Of a stretch of 57,189 bases of DNA, positions 28,962 to 37,454 are shown piece by piece. Position numbers and translations under genes: made by a program. The first letter of the stretch is position 1. The number at the start of each line of letters is the position of its first letter. This DNA comes from a bacterium. Lineage in GTDB: Bacteria; Patescibacteriota; Saccharimonadia; Saccharimonadales; UBA4665. Location: positions 1 through 57,189 of the forward strand of contig JAJZNT010000022.1 in NCBI GenBank assembly GCA_021811685.1, read 5' to 3'. A model generated the notes under the pieces. It was not told the DNA's origin and made no database searches. It saw only the letters and a list, made by a program, of their open reading frames with translations.

Positions 28962-29017
28962 ATTTATATATTAATGAGAGTGTTTTAAAAGACTTTCTGA
29001 TATAGAAAATCTAGTTA

Positions 29018-30058
29018 TTAGCTTCCGTGGCGTTGTGCTAAGCCAACGGCTACAGCAAATTGTCCGGATATAGCGAGGAGTTCGTTTTGTCTGTCCGCGC
29101 CATAGCTGACGTTGCGCCATGAGTTTCCTACTTCAACATTCACATTGAACTTATTAGCAATATATACAGGGAAGTCGGGAAGGGAACTGGCGTTACCGGC
29201 TACAATAATTCGGTCTAACTTAGCATCTTGGTAGCGGGTAGTGAAGAACTTTATAGACTTATCTACTTCAGACATTAACAGATCAATAGTGCCGGATATG
29301 GCGTGAAAGATCTGACCCTCAAGTTTTTCGGCATTAAGACCGAACTTAGAAACAAATTGAGTAGCCTGAGCCTCATCAATATTCAGGTTTTGGGCCGCCG
29401 CCTTAATAATCGTGTCGTATCCCGTAGAGATTGTGCGGGTAAGTCTAGGGGCGCCGTTCATAGTAATGACCAGATCGGTGGTAATGTTCCCCATATCTAG
29501 GATCATTTGCGGCTGCATTACTTCCGGCGCCGCCAGGGATCTGACCATGGCTAGATTGTCCGGTTCAAAGGCTATAACGTTAAGACCTAGTGATTCGAGC
29601 ATATCTAACCTGGTCTCAGCATAACTGTTAGATACGCTGGTAAGCAGCACCTCTACTTTAGTTTTGTCTTTAGGTGAGTCGCCGACTACTTCCCAGTCTA
29701 TTTTTGACTCGGCTATAGGAGTAGGGATTAGAGCGTCAGCCTGCAAATTAATCGCTTTTGCCATTTCGCCCTTATCTAAACGGTCAATATCCACTAGAGT
29801 AGTGAACACTCTCTGTGAAGGTAATCCAACAGCGGCATTTTTAGTCCTAATGCCCGATTTGGCAACTAGTGTTTTTACAGCTTGGGCAATATGTTGCTGA
29901 TCAGTCTTAGCATCGCTTAAGGCTATTTTGGTTTCTAGGGGCATATAGGCATATGTCTGAAGGGAATTTGAGGGATGGGCCAGCTTTACTACGCGTATTC
30001 CCCCTGTACCTATATCTAAACCAAAAAAGTCGCTAATACTGCCATCTAAGAAGCTCAT
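29018..30058 (-). CDS. pilM: type IV pilus assembly ATPase-fold protein PilM
   Basis: 346 aa with an actin-like fold signature (FGLDIGTGGIRVV...ILDMGNITTDLV...IIVAGNAS). Confidence 0.8.
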   Translation of the reverse strand: MSFLDGSISDFFGLDIGTGGIRVVKLAHPSNSLQTYAYMPLETKIALSDAKTDQQHIAQAVKTLVAKSGIRTKNAAVGLPSQRVFTTLVDIDRLDKGEMAKAINLQADALIPTPIAESKIDWEVVGDSPKDKTKVEVLLTSVSNSYAETRLDMLESLGLNVIAFEPDNLAMVRSLAAPEVMQPQMILDMGNITTDLVITMNGAPRLTRTISTGYDTIIKAAAQNLNIDEAQATQFVSKFGLNAEKLEGQIFHAISGTIDLLMSEVDKSIKFFTTRYQDAKLDRIIVAGNASSLPDFPVYIANKFNVNVEVGNSWRNVSYGADRQNELLAISGQFAVAVGLAQRHGS

Positions 30059-30125
30059 AGACTAGATTATATCATAAGCGTTATTCTCTTTAGAGTATAT
30101 TTAGCTAACTTTTATCTAATAGTAG

Positions 30126-31034
30126 CTATTTATGATGATACTTGTCGTAAGAGGCTTTTAAGTGCGGATCTGTGATGTGAGTATATATCTGAGTGGTAGA
30201 GATGTTACTGTGACCAAGCATTACTTGGACCGTTCTTAAGTCTGCCCCGTTCATTAACAGGTCCGTACCGAAACTATGTCTCATGGTGTGCGGGCTTACG
30301 TGCTTAGTTATTCCTGCCAGCAGAGCATATCTGGCCACAAGTCGCTGAACACTTCTTGCGGTCAGCCTATAGAAGTTGCCGCTGAGGTCAACTTTCTTAT
30401 TGCCGCTGTAACGGATAAACAGGGCCTTGGAGTTGTCTGTTCGCTTATCCAGATAGTTCTCCAGCCACATAACGGCCTGGGGGCTTATAAACACCAGTCG
30501 GTCTTTTTGCCCCTTGCCCCTGACCATAAATTCGCGCCTCTTTAGGTTAATGTGCCCACGGTCCAAGTTGACCAGTTCGCTGACCCTTAATCCGCTGGCG
30601 AATAGCAGTTCAAGTATTGCCCGGTCTCTAAGTCCGATTGTAGTATTTGTATCCGGTTGATTTAGCAAACTCTCAATCTCGTCTTCATTTAAGAAAGTTA
30701 CTTGTTTGCGGTGTGTTTTAGCCAGTTCAATCTTGGCGGCGTCCATTGCTTCGATGTCCCGCTTGGCGCAGAACTTTAGAAAGCTTCTCAGGGCTATGAG
30801 GTGGTAGTTAAGGGTAAGCGAGCTAAGCTCGTCATTTGTATTTGTTCCCAGCCTGTTTAGCCACAGTCTCCATCGCCTGATTAGTTCAGGGTCAATATCG
30901 GCTACGTTAATATCTCCGGCAAAATCCATTAGCCTGGTAAGGTAATGGTCATAGTTGGCGATAGTTCGCTGCGACCGGTTTTGTTCTATCTCCAGATATT
31001 CTAAGAAGTCAGTTTTAGCTTTATTGAACTTCAC
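30126..31034 (-). CDS. tyrosine recombinase XerC/XerD family
   Basis: 302 aa with an N-terminal SAM-like domain and the catalytic R (ASGLRVSEL), HxxR (HTMRHSF) and H...Y (LGHSNISTTQIYTH). Confidence 0.85.
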   Translation of the reverse strand: MKFNKAKTDFLEYLEIEQNRSQRTIANYDHYLTRLMDFAGDINVADIDPELIRRWRLWLNRLGTNTNDELSSLTLNYHLIALRSFLKFCAKRDIEAMDAAKIELAKTHRKQVTFLNEDEIESLLNQPDTNTTIGLRDRAILELLFASGLRVSELVNLDRGHINLKRREFMVRGKGQKDRLVFISPQAVMWLENYLDKRTDNSKALFIRYSGNKKVDLSGNFYRLTARSVQRLVARYALLAGITKHVSPHTMRHSFGTDLLMNGADLRTVQVMLGHSNISTTQIYTHITDPHLKASYDKYHHK

Positions 31035-31108
31035 CTGTATATTTTACGACATAATGTGATATATGGCCTAGGTCAGTTAATTGTTATTTGTTACAATGAT
31101 CCAATATT

Positions 31109-31612
31109 ATGGAACGAACCCTAATACTGCTTAAACCCGATGCTCTGCAAAGAGCCATTACGGGGGAGATAATTACCCGTTTTGAGAGGGTAGGGTTAAA
31201 GATAGTTGCGGCCAAGATATTGAGGCCAACTGAAGAGCAGTATTTTCATCATTATGAGACTATCGGCAAGATGATCTCCCGCCGCGGGCAAGAGGCATTT
31301 GAGGTTACTTTGGAGTTTATGCAGGAAGGGCCCGTCCTGGCTATGGTCCTAGAGGGCATCGAAGCAGTATCGGTTGTCAGGAAATTAGTAGGAACTACAG
31401 AACCCAAAGCGGCACAGCCTGGCACCATAAGAGGTGATTATTCGCATATTAGCTTTGCTTATGCTACCGAGAAAGCAATGTCCTTGCCAAACCTGATTCA
31501 TGCGTCAGGGGATGCCGCAGAGGCCAAACTGGAAATAGCTCATTGGTTTAGTGAAGACGAAATCTTTAACTACGACACGGTTCATGATAAATTTACTCAG
31601 GGTAAAAAGTAG
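31109..31612 (+). CDS. ndk: nucleoside-diphosphate kinase
   Basis: MERTLILLKPDALQR...GTIRGDY...NLIHASG, the NDK motifs. Confidence 0.9.
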   Translation: MERTLILLKPDALQRAITGEIITRFERVGLKIVAAKILRPTEEQYFHHYETIGKMISRRGQEAFEVTLEFMQEGPVLAMVLEGIEAVSVVRKLVGTTEPKAAQPGTIRGDYSHISFAYATEKAMSLPNLIHASGDAAEAKLEIAHWFSEDEIFNYDTVHDKFTQGKK

Positions 31613-31687
31613 GCCCCTATAGTTCAATGGATAAAACAGCTCCGTCCTAAGGAGAAGCTGGAGGTTCGAATCCTTCTAGGGGCGCCA
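31613..31687 (+). tRNA. tRNA-Arg (anticodon CCT), CCA encoded
   Basis: Acceptor GCCCCTA/TAGGGGC, anticodon stem CTCC/GGAG with loop GTCCTAA, T-arm GGTTCGAATCC, 3' GCCA. Folded by hand. Confidence 0.8.
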
Positions 31688-31689
31688 TA

Positions 31690-32094
31690 TCAATTTGCTA
31701 CTACTATAAATAACATTTCAGGCATAACTTTCTTTAGAACCTCAAAGTCTTGGTCATAAGTAACTAAAACTCCTTTGAATTCTTTGGTTAGGGCAGCTAT
31801 CCATAAGTCATTATGGGAGAGCACCTTACCGTTCTTGTTACAATATAGCTGCAATTCAGAATATATATCTGTTGTTTTCATTGTGGGTATGGCTATACTT
31901 ACATTTGGTTGAGCTATAAACCTTTGTAGGGCTCTTTCATTAATTTCTTTCCTCGATCCCTTTATAAAACCATATTTAAGTTCTGCGACTACAGGGAGAG
32001 GTAGGCACAATTCATGCCTTCCCTTAAGCATAGTAACGGCCTCTTCTTTACCGTTGGCAATTGCTGTATAGAAATTAGTATCAAGATAAAGCAT
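31690..32094 (-). CDS. vapC: PIN-domain toxin VapC
   Basis: 134 aa with MLYLDTNFY...ELKYG...NDLWIAALT...LVTYDQDF. Paralog of 6244..6651 and 34969..35376. Confidence 0.8.
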   Translation of the reverse strand: MLYLDTNFYTAIANGKEEAVTMLKGRHELCLPLPVVAELKYGFIKGSRKEINERALQRFIAQPNVSIAIPTMKTTDIYSELQLYCNKNGKVLSHNDLWIAALTKEFKGVLVTYDQDFEVLKKVMPEMLFIVVAN

Positions 32095-32095
32095 T

Positions 32096-32341
32096 CTATT
32101 TTTTCAATTTATCTTTTTGAAGCTTATCTTCTTCTATTAGGGCAGTTATGGTCTCATTGTCCATGCCACTGCCGATAAACCAATCCAAAGAAGACTTAAG
32201 ATCTTCCTTAATAAAGGGAACTTTCTCTGAGAGTTCATCAATCACAACCTGATTAAGGCTCTTGTTACTAAGTTTAGCCTTTTTTCTTAAGTAGAGATTA
32301 ACCGATTCGGGCAAGTTACGTATAGTTAGTTGTGTAGTCAT
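32096..32341 (-). CDS. vapB: VapB-type RHH antitoxin
   Basis: MTTQLTIRNLPESVNLYLRKKAKLSNKSLNQVVIDEL. Start moved to the ATG at 32341, which sits 6 nt downstream of a -10 element. Confidence 0.7.
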   Translation of the reverse strand: MTTQLTIRNLPESVNLYLRKKAKLSNKSLNQVVIDELSEKVPFIKEDLKSSLDWFIGSGMDNETITALIEEDKLQKDKLKK

Positions 32342-32347
32342 GCAGGC

Positions 32348-32376
32348 AAGATAGCAAGCATGCATATATTTGTCAA
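32348..32376 (-). promoter_or_regulatory. promoter TTGACA-17-TATCTT, ATG 6 nt downstream (leaderless candidate)
   Basis: Minus strand reads TTGACAaatatatgcatgcttgcTATCTTgcctgcATG. The spacer contains the palindrome GCATGC. Confidence 0.4.
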
Positions 32377-32432
32377 TTTGCGGGCGTATTACTAAACTAT
32401 AAGAGTAAAAAAGAAGTACAATATCTCTAGTT

Positions 32433-33014
32433 ATGTCAAAGCGAAAGTCCGATGGGGGATCAAAGTATTTTGCTGATCAGTTTGATGATGAAGATGTAGT
32501 CTTCGTGTTTCGTAAACATCCTATAGTAATGCGAAAAGGATTAATTATCGGATTATTCGGGCCGCTTCTCGGGGTGATACCGGCTGCCGTTCATCCGGCT
32601 TATGGTATGGGTGTATTTATTGACGGATTGGTTGTAGGAGCGTTAGTCGGTCTTATTATATTTTTTCCTTCATGGATTGGTTGGTATTTCAGCGTCTTTA
32701 TAGTTACTACGCAGAGGTTCTTACAGATCAGACAAAAAGGTTTATTTTCCAGAAGCGTATCTGACTTGGGACTGCAGCAAATCCAGTCGGTAAGTTACGA
32801 AGTTTCCGGTATTCAGGCAACCCTACTGGGTTTTGGTACAATTACTATGAGGACATACGTAGGCGAAGTGGTTATCCATGATGTTCACCACCCTGCAAGA
32901 ATACAAAAGCAGCTGGTAGGTGTATTGAGGGATCTCGGAATAACCACAGTCAGTTATCCAGGATCTGCGGAAACGCAACTACAATCCGATGAAGAAGAAG
33001 TTGAAGAAGCTTAA
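32433..33014 (+). CDS. membrane protein with bacterial PH domain (YdbT/bPH_2-like)
   Basis: FVFRKHPIVMRKG, two TM helices, then TTQRFLQIRQKGLFSRSVSDLGLQQIQSVSYEV, the bPH pattern. Confidence 0.55.
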   Translation: MSKRKSDGGSKYFADQFDDEDVVFVFRKHPIVMRKGLIIGLFGPLLGVIPAAVHPAYGMGVFIDGLVVGALVGLIIFFPSWIGWYFSVFIVTTQRFLQIRQKGLFSRSVSDLGLQQIQSVSYEVSGIQATLLGFGTITMRTYVGEVVIHDVHHPARIQKQLVGVLRDLGITTVSYPGSAETQLQSDEEEVEEA

Positions 33015-34089
33015 GGTAAAATTACCTAAACCAAAACTACCGGGCAACATTAAGCCCTTTAAGAGACGCCCCGCACCCGAGGAAAGGCTCAAGGAGGCGT
33101 TTGCTAACGTCCCCAAGATTACTAACGAAACGGTTGCCGAGCACCGTGAGGATGTCTTATCCAGTGCCAGGAAGTATATCTATCCTCTTCAGCACTCCAG
33201 GAAGCGAATAGTAATTATTTCTTCCTCTATTATTGTGGCTGCTGTTGCGGGCTTTTTTATATACCTAGGGCTTGCTCTATATAATTTCCAGGACACTAAC
33301 GGCTTTATTTACGGAGTTACTCAAGTTATACCAGTACCGGTTGCTAAGGTTGGAAGTTCGTGGGTTTCTTATGAGAGCTATCTTTTTGAGCTAAGAAGGT
33401 ATATGCACTATTACGAGACCCAACAACAGGTGAACTTTTCTACTGAAAGTGGAAAGTTGCAGCTTGATAGGTATAAGCAGCAGGCAATGAATGAAGTCGT
33501 AACCGACGCATACGTAAAGCAACTAGCCAGCGAGTATAAGGTAAACGTATCCAACCAACAGGTTAATCAAGAAGTGTCTCTGGTACAAAGCCAGAACCGT
33601 CTAGGATCAAATCAACAGGAGTTTAACGCTGTCTTAAATGATTTCTGGGGCTGGAATGAGGGTGATTTTAAAAGGGAATTAAAATTACAGATGTTACAGC
33701 AGGCTGTTGTCGCAAAATTAGACACATCAACTGAGCAAAGAGCCCAGAGTGCGTTAAATAGTTTAAATCACGGAGCGGATTTCGCTAGTTTAGCAAAACA
33801 GGTCTCTGACGACTCATCCACTAAAAGCAGTGGCGGACAATATCCAGGCCCTATTACCGAGAACGATCCCAATATTGCACCGCAAGTTACCCAGGTGCTA
33901 TTTAGACTTAAGCCTGGACAACATTCAGGAATTATAAACACCGGCTACACTCTGGAAATCGTAGAACTGATATCTAAGCAGGGAAATAAGGTTCAAGCAG
34001 CTCATATATCCTTTAACCTTCAACCTATATCTACATTTATTGCGCCTTTAATGAAGGCTAACCCAGCACATTATTTTATTCATTTATAG
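32989..34089 (+). CDS. membrane-anchored peptidyl-prolyl isomerase (parvulin / PpiC-type, PrsA/SurA-like)
   Basis: Basic N-terminus, TM helix, then HGADFASLAKQVSDDSSTKSSGGQYPG...GQHSGIINTGYTLEIVEL, a rotamase motif. Confidence 0.65.
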   Translation: MKKKLKKLKVKLPKPKLPGNIKPFKRRPAPEERLKEAFANVPKITNETVAEHREDVLSSARKYIYPLQHSRKRIVIISSSIIVAAVAGFFIYLGLALYNFQDTNGFIYGVTQVIPVPVAKVGSSWVSYESYLFELRRYMHYYETQQQVNFSTESGKLQLDRYKQQAMNEVVTDAYVKQLASEYKVNVSNQQVNQEVSLVQSQNRLGSNQQEFNAVLNDFWGWNEGDFKRELKLQMLQQAVVAKLDTSTEQRAQSALNSLNHGADFASLAKQVSDDSSTKSSGGQYPGPITENDPNIAPQVTQVLFRLKPGQHSGIINTGYTLEIVELISKQGNKVQAAHISFNLQPISTFIAPLMKANPAHYFIHL

Positions 34090-34138
34090 ATCTAGGCGAC
34101 CTAGTTATTTATATTGAATAATTTAATTACTCATAGTG

Positions 34139-34660
34139 TTAAGCTGATGTATCTTTCGCTTCTTCTTTGGGTAATCTATATCTGCGCTTGGAGCTAAGTT
34201 GTGCCTTTTTTTGATCACGAGCTTTGCGATTTACGGGACCTGCGTACTTTTCTTTAAAGTCTTTAAAGAAGGCCTTAGCCAGGGATTTTGCTTCCGGCTC
34301 TTTAATAAGGCCTGAATCCATTATCGCCAATATGCCGGTTGCTTTTATTAATTCTGATTCAGCTTCAATCATTAATTTTTCTGCATTGTTTTTTGCACCT
34401 TCTACTATTCGTTCTGCATTCCTGCCATACCTTGATATTATGCTTCCTCGGCGGTTTGGCGAGTTCACTGCAGTAGACATGCCTTCTTTTTGGCTAGATA
34501 ATCCAAAATACTGCAATGCTTTTATTAAATTTTCTCTTCGGTAATTAAGATCAACAAATGCATATGTATAGTCTGTCTCTGGATGCGTTTTAATTTCTGC
34601 AGGCGGGCTGCTGCCCGGATCCATGAGGCTTGCCTGTATCGGTCTATCGTTAGTAGTCAT
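34139..34660 (-). CDS. hypothetical protein (basic C-terminus)
   Basis: 173-aa ORF, one nt downstream of the stop of 34662..34847. No family recognised. Confidence 0.4.
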   Translation of the reverse strand: MTTNDRPIQASLMDPGSSPPAEIKTHPETDYTYAFVDLNYRRENLIKALQYFGLSSQKEGMSTAVNSPNRRGSIISRYGRNAERIVEGAKNNAEKLMIEAESELIKATGILAIMDSGLIKEPEAKSLAKAFFKDFKEKYAGPVNRKARDQKKAQLSSKRRYRLPKEEAKDTSA

Positions 34661-34661
34661 A

Positions 34662-34847
34662 TTATTTTATAGTCATTGTATATTTAAGATTATCTTTTAC
34701 ACTGTGATTCTCGCCCAGCATTAATACGGAGCTGTAGCTAACTAGTTCGGCATAGTCTACAGGGGCTGCTTGGGCTGCGCTTTCTGCGCTGAGCGCTTCG
34801 GTGCTGGACCAAGGGTTTGGAATAGTGTCGTGTGTTTCTGGAGACAT
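34662..34847 (-). CDS. hypothetical small protein
   Basis: 61-aa ORF on the same strand, immediately upstream of 34139..34660. Confidence 0.3.
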   Translation of the reverse strand: MSPETHDTIPNPWSSTEALSAESAAQAAPVDYAELVSYSSVLMLGENHSVKDNLKYTMTIK

Positions 34848-34913
34848 AAGCTATACGTTAGAATAAGATTGAAAGTAAGTCAATCTCATACAGCAATAAC
34901 AACCAGTAAAAAC

Positions 34914-34960
34914 GAGATGTTTAAACACAAGCATAATGGCGGGCTGTAGTGGAACTATTT
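34914..34960 (-). repeat. cassette-boundary repeat R1
   Basis: Plus strand reads GAGATGTTTAAACACAAGCATAATGGCGGGCTGTAGTGGAACTATTT. Ends 8 nt from the vapC stop. Lacks the 11-nt spacer present in R2-R4. Confidence 0.7.
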
Positions 34961-34968
34961 CATGGAGT

Positions 34969-35376
34969 TTAGTTCTGTTCGTTAACTATAATAGCTCTTA
35001 ATTGCGGCAATTCCCCAAAGTCACCGTCCCTAGTAAATAAAACTCCACCAAGTTGTATTGTTGTAGCGGCAATCCAGAAGTCATTATTAGATAATGCTAA
35101 ACCATGTTGTCTGGCATAAGTTGCTAAGTCTGCATAAATAATTGACGTATCTTGGATGGGATTAGTTATACTGGCATGAAATTGTTGTTTAAATAGATCG
35201 TAAGTTTCTAGATTATTCGCTGTCTTACTACTATTAGCAAAGCCGAATCTTAATTCGGCATCTACAGCAAGAGGTATAGACAGCTCATCATATTTTTGTT
35301 CTGAGAATGCTTTAACGATATAATCCTTGTCGCTCAGCAAATTAGATAAAGCCGAGGTATCAAAAACAAGTGTCAT
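34969..35376 (-). CDS. vapC: PIN-domain toxin VapC
   Basis: 135 aa with LVFDTSAL...ELRFG...NDFWIAATT...LFTRDGDF. Confidence 0.8.
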   Translation of the reverse strand: MTLVFDTSALSNLLSDKDYIVKAFSEQKYDELSIPLAVDAELRFGFANSSKTANNLETYDLFKQQFHASITNPIQDTSIIYADLATYARQHGLALSNNDFWIAATTIQLGGVLFTRDGDFGELPQLRAIIVNEQN

Positions 35377-35648
35377 TATTCTTTGTCCTGTTTTAGTAAT
35401 GAGGCCCTATCAGACCACGATAAAGCCTCTTCTAATGATTCTTCGTCTTCTTGTCCTATTCTATGTTTGCTGAGAAATTGTTTCATCTCTAGATAACGCT
35501 TATCGCTATCTTCGATACCCACACTTTGACGCAATGCTTTTAGTACGTAACGATTTAAGCTTATGCCTTGCCGATTAGCCTTTTTAGTTAAAGCAGACTT
35601 AGTTGTTGGGTCAAGCCCCCTAATAGTTAGTTGTAGTTTACTGCTCAT
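35376..35648 (-). CDS. vapB: VapB-type RHH antitoxin
   Basis: MSSKLQLTIRGLDPTTKSALTKKANRQGISLNRYVLKAL. Its stop overlaps the vapC start by 1 nt. The 12-nt direct repeat TAATGCCTGCAT occurs twice around the -10 element. Confidence 0.7.
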   Translation of the reverse strand: MSSKLQLTIRGLDPTTKSALTKKANRQGISLNRYVLKALRQSVGIEDSDKRYLEMKQFLSKHRIGQEDEESLEEALSWSDRASLLKQDKE

Positions 35649-35728
35649 AATGCCTGCATTATATAGAATCTAATGCCTGCATGTAAATAGACGCATATAT
35701 CAATTTTAAATAAAAAATACCCCTATTG

Positions 35729-35786
35729 GAGATGTTTAAACATAAGCATAATAGCGGGCCGTAGCTGTCCAGGTTTGGAACTATTT
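35729..35786 (-). repeat. cassette-boundary repeat R2
   Basis: Plus strand reads GAGATGTTTAAACATAAGCATAATAGCGGGCCGTAG-ctgtccaggtt-TGGAACTATTT. Lies just 3' of the RelE-like gene. Confidence 0.7.
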
Positions 35787-35806
35787 AGCGGAACTCGATC
35801 TTAGCT

Positions 35807-36073
35807 CTAAGCGTAAAGTTGATCGTGAGTACCTACCATCATGAGTACAACTCTATTCTTTTTAAGCCTCAGGAAGTGTATCCTGAGGTCCTCTGCCGCA
35901 CTTATAGAATACTGCGGGTAATACTTGCCCTTTAATTGATGTATTCTAAGCTGTTTTGTGTTTTGATTGGTCATAAATAACTTTAGAGCTGTAAGCACTT
36001 GTGATTGTTGGTAACTATCTAACTGAGCCCACATTGCGTCATAACGTTTATGGGTTTCAACTTGCATGGCCAA
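35807..36073 (-). CDS. RelE/YafQ-family toxin
   Basis: 88 aa with ...LKLFMTNQNTKQLRIHQLKGKYYPQYSISAAEDLRIHF...VVLMMVGTHDQLY, a RelE/ParE-superfamily pattern. Confidence 0.65.
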   Translation of the reverse strand: MAMQVETHKRYDAMWAQLDSYQQSQVLTALKLFMTNQNTKQLRIHQLKGKYYPQYSISAAEDLRIHFLRLKKNRVVLMMVGTHDQLYA

Positions 36074-36347
36074 GGCTATTCAAATGCCTTTCGAGCTCTT
36101 CAAAAGTATTAAACGGCCCGCTTAAGTTTCGTCCGGCCTTAACATCTTCTTCTATCTTATCAAGTTCTTTAGCGATCTTCTCATTTGGCAAATATTCTTC
36201 TTCAAAAACTACTCTTCGCTCACTGACAGCTTCTCTAAGCTTATTTTCCACAATGGAACTTAAACTTAGACCCAACCTTTGGGCCAGCTTTTGGGCTTGC
36301 TGCTTTACGTCTGCGTCTATCTTAACTGTTACAGGTATTTGGCTCAT
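36057..36347 (-). CDS. RelB/DinJ-family antitoxin
   Basis: MSQIPVTVKIDADVKQQAQKLAQRLGLSLSSIVENKL, the DinJ-type RHH. Overlaps the toxin gene by 17 nt. Confidence 0.65.
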   Translation of the reverse strand: MSQIPVTVKIDADVKQQAQKLAQRLGLSLSSIVENKLREAVSERRVVFEEEYLPNEKIAKELDKIEEDVKAGRNLSGPFNTFEELERHLNSLGHAS

Positions 36348-36353
36348 ACATAC

Positions 36354-36382
36354 ATAGTATTACTATGAATGTACTTCGTCAA
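36354..36382 (-). promoter_or_regulatory. promoter TTGACG-17-TACTAT, ATG 6 nt downstream (leaderless candidate)
   Basis: Minus strand reads TTGACGaagtacattcatagtaaTACTATgtatgtATG. Confidence 0.4.
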
Positions 36383-36445
36383 TATACCACGTAATGGTTC
36401 AATAGTTTGGAATCACCTAAGCAAGGAGAATTAATTGAAACTAAG

Positions 36446-36473
36446 GCGTATTAGTGCGAATGGACCCCATTTT
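36446..36473 (-). repeat. cassette-boundary repeat R5 (degenerate, internally deleted)
   Basis: Plus strand GCGTATtagTGCGAATGGAccccATTTT aligns to R3 (GCGTAT...GGCGAATGGA...CTATTTT) with the GCTTGGCGGGCCG core deleted. Confidence 0.4.
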
Positions 36474-36689
36474 CTCTACGTGGGTATCGGCCTTGTGTTT
36501 TTATCTTGCCTTGGTTTGGTAAGATTTTGGTTTTGCAGTTACATAGTCTCGCAATACTTGCAACTCCATTGACGATGACAAATATAGCACTCTTAGGTAT
36601 AGAGCGCTAACTTTAACAAAGGGTTTACTTGCTATGAGGGTATAGTCGCCTTTTCGTTTAATTGATTATTACGTAGATAGATTACGGTA

Positions 36690-36968
36690 TTAGTGTCTAA
36701 AAGTATCATGTTGTAAACTATCTCTTCTGTTTTCCCAAACTCTCTGCTCACGTTGCCATTTACTAGGGTCGGTAACTCCCTTCATAGGCCCACGTTTTTT
36801 ACCATGGTTAATTAAAGCATCAAGTGCATGTCGTTGTTTAATCAAAGGCTCTTCAACGTTTACTGTGTCACCTAGTCTTAAATTGTTATCGTCAATATAC
36901 CGCTTAGGCACACGTATAGCATAAGAGTTACCTGTTTTAGTAATAATTCCTTGTACCATAGTTTGCAT
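36690..36968 (-). CDS. AbrB/MazE/SpoVT-family antitoxin-like protein with no intact partner toxin
   Basis: MQTMVQGIITKTGNSYAIRVPKRYIDDNNLRLGDTVNVEEP, a swapped-hairpin motif. The track N-terminal extension covers repeat R6. The next 200 nt downstream hold no long ORF. Confidence 0.55.
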   Translation of the reverse strand: MQTMVQGIITKTGNSYAIRVPKRYIDDNNLRLGDTVNVEEPLIKQRHALDALINHGKKRGPMKGVTDPSKWQREQRVWENRRDSLQHDTFRH

Positions 36969-37031
36969 TGTACTTACATTGTCAAGTATTTGTGTTTCAA
37001 TACAAAGAGTAAGATGCTCTGAAAATACAGA

Positions 37032-37064
37032 TTGGCGGGACATCGAGTCGGACTTCGAAAATTA
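37032..37064 (-). repeat. cassette-boundary repeat R6 (degenerate)
   Basis: Plus strand TTGGCGGGACATCGAGTCGGACTTCGAAAATTA shares TTGGCGGG and about 20 of 34 positions with R3. Abuts the PIN stop at 37062. Confidence 0.4.
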
Positions 37065-37454
37065 GCTATCGGCCTTTACCCTCTTTAGGATACTGTCATC
37101 AAAAGTTAGAATATCTGAAACCTTTTTACTGTCCCTTAATGCCAGTAGCCAGCAATCTTCAAACGATAAAGGCTTCTCTTTATTAAACAATTCTACGGTT
37201 GCTTCAAGAAGTTCCCTATCTGGAATTGAGAATATATTACTAGAGAGTAAAGATTCATATATTTGAACAACTTGTTTTTTATTTAATTCATACACAGACC
37301 TAAGAGCATAGCCAAACTCAGCAAATATTACCCTATCTAGTAATATGCTATTCGGTTTAGCTTCTGTGATCATTTTTGAAGCTTTCTCAAATAACTCTTC
37401 ATTATCCTTGGTGAAGTAACGAACTAGGACAGAGCTGTCTATTGCTACTGCCAT
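37062..37454 (-). CDS. PIN-domain toxin
   Basis: 130 aa with AVAIDSSVLVRYF...AEFGYAL...EDCWLLAL...ILTFDDS. Confidence 0.75.
   Translation of the reverse strand: MAVAIDSSVLVRYFTKDNEELFEKASKMITEAKPNSILLDRVIFAEFGYALRSVYELNKKQVVQIYESLLSSNIFSIPDRELLEATVELFNKEKPLSFEDCWLLALRDSKKVSDILTFDDSILKRVKADS

Noticed and set aside
28962-29017. Bidirectional terminator between the last pilin-like gene and pilM
   Set aside because: Only a weak imperfect hairpin (AGACTTTC/GAAAATCT, 6 of 8 pairs) with no clear T-run, which is too weak to annotate.
30126-31034. Prophage or integrative element integrase next to tRNA-Arg
   Set aside because: The protein has the size and motif layout of housekeeping XerC/XerD. No phage, excisionase or conjugation genes flank it. 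It is kept only as a candidate recombinase to test against the cassette repeats.
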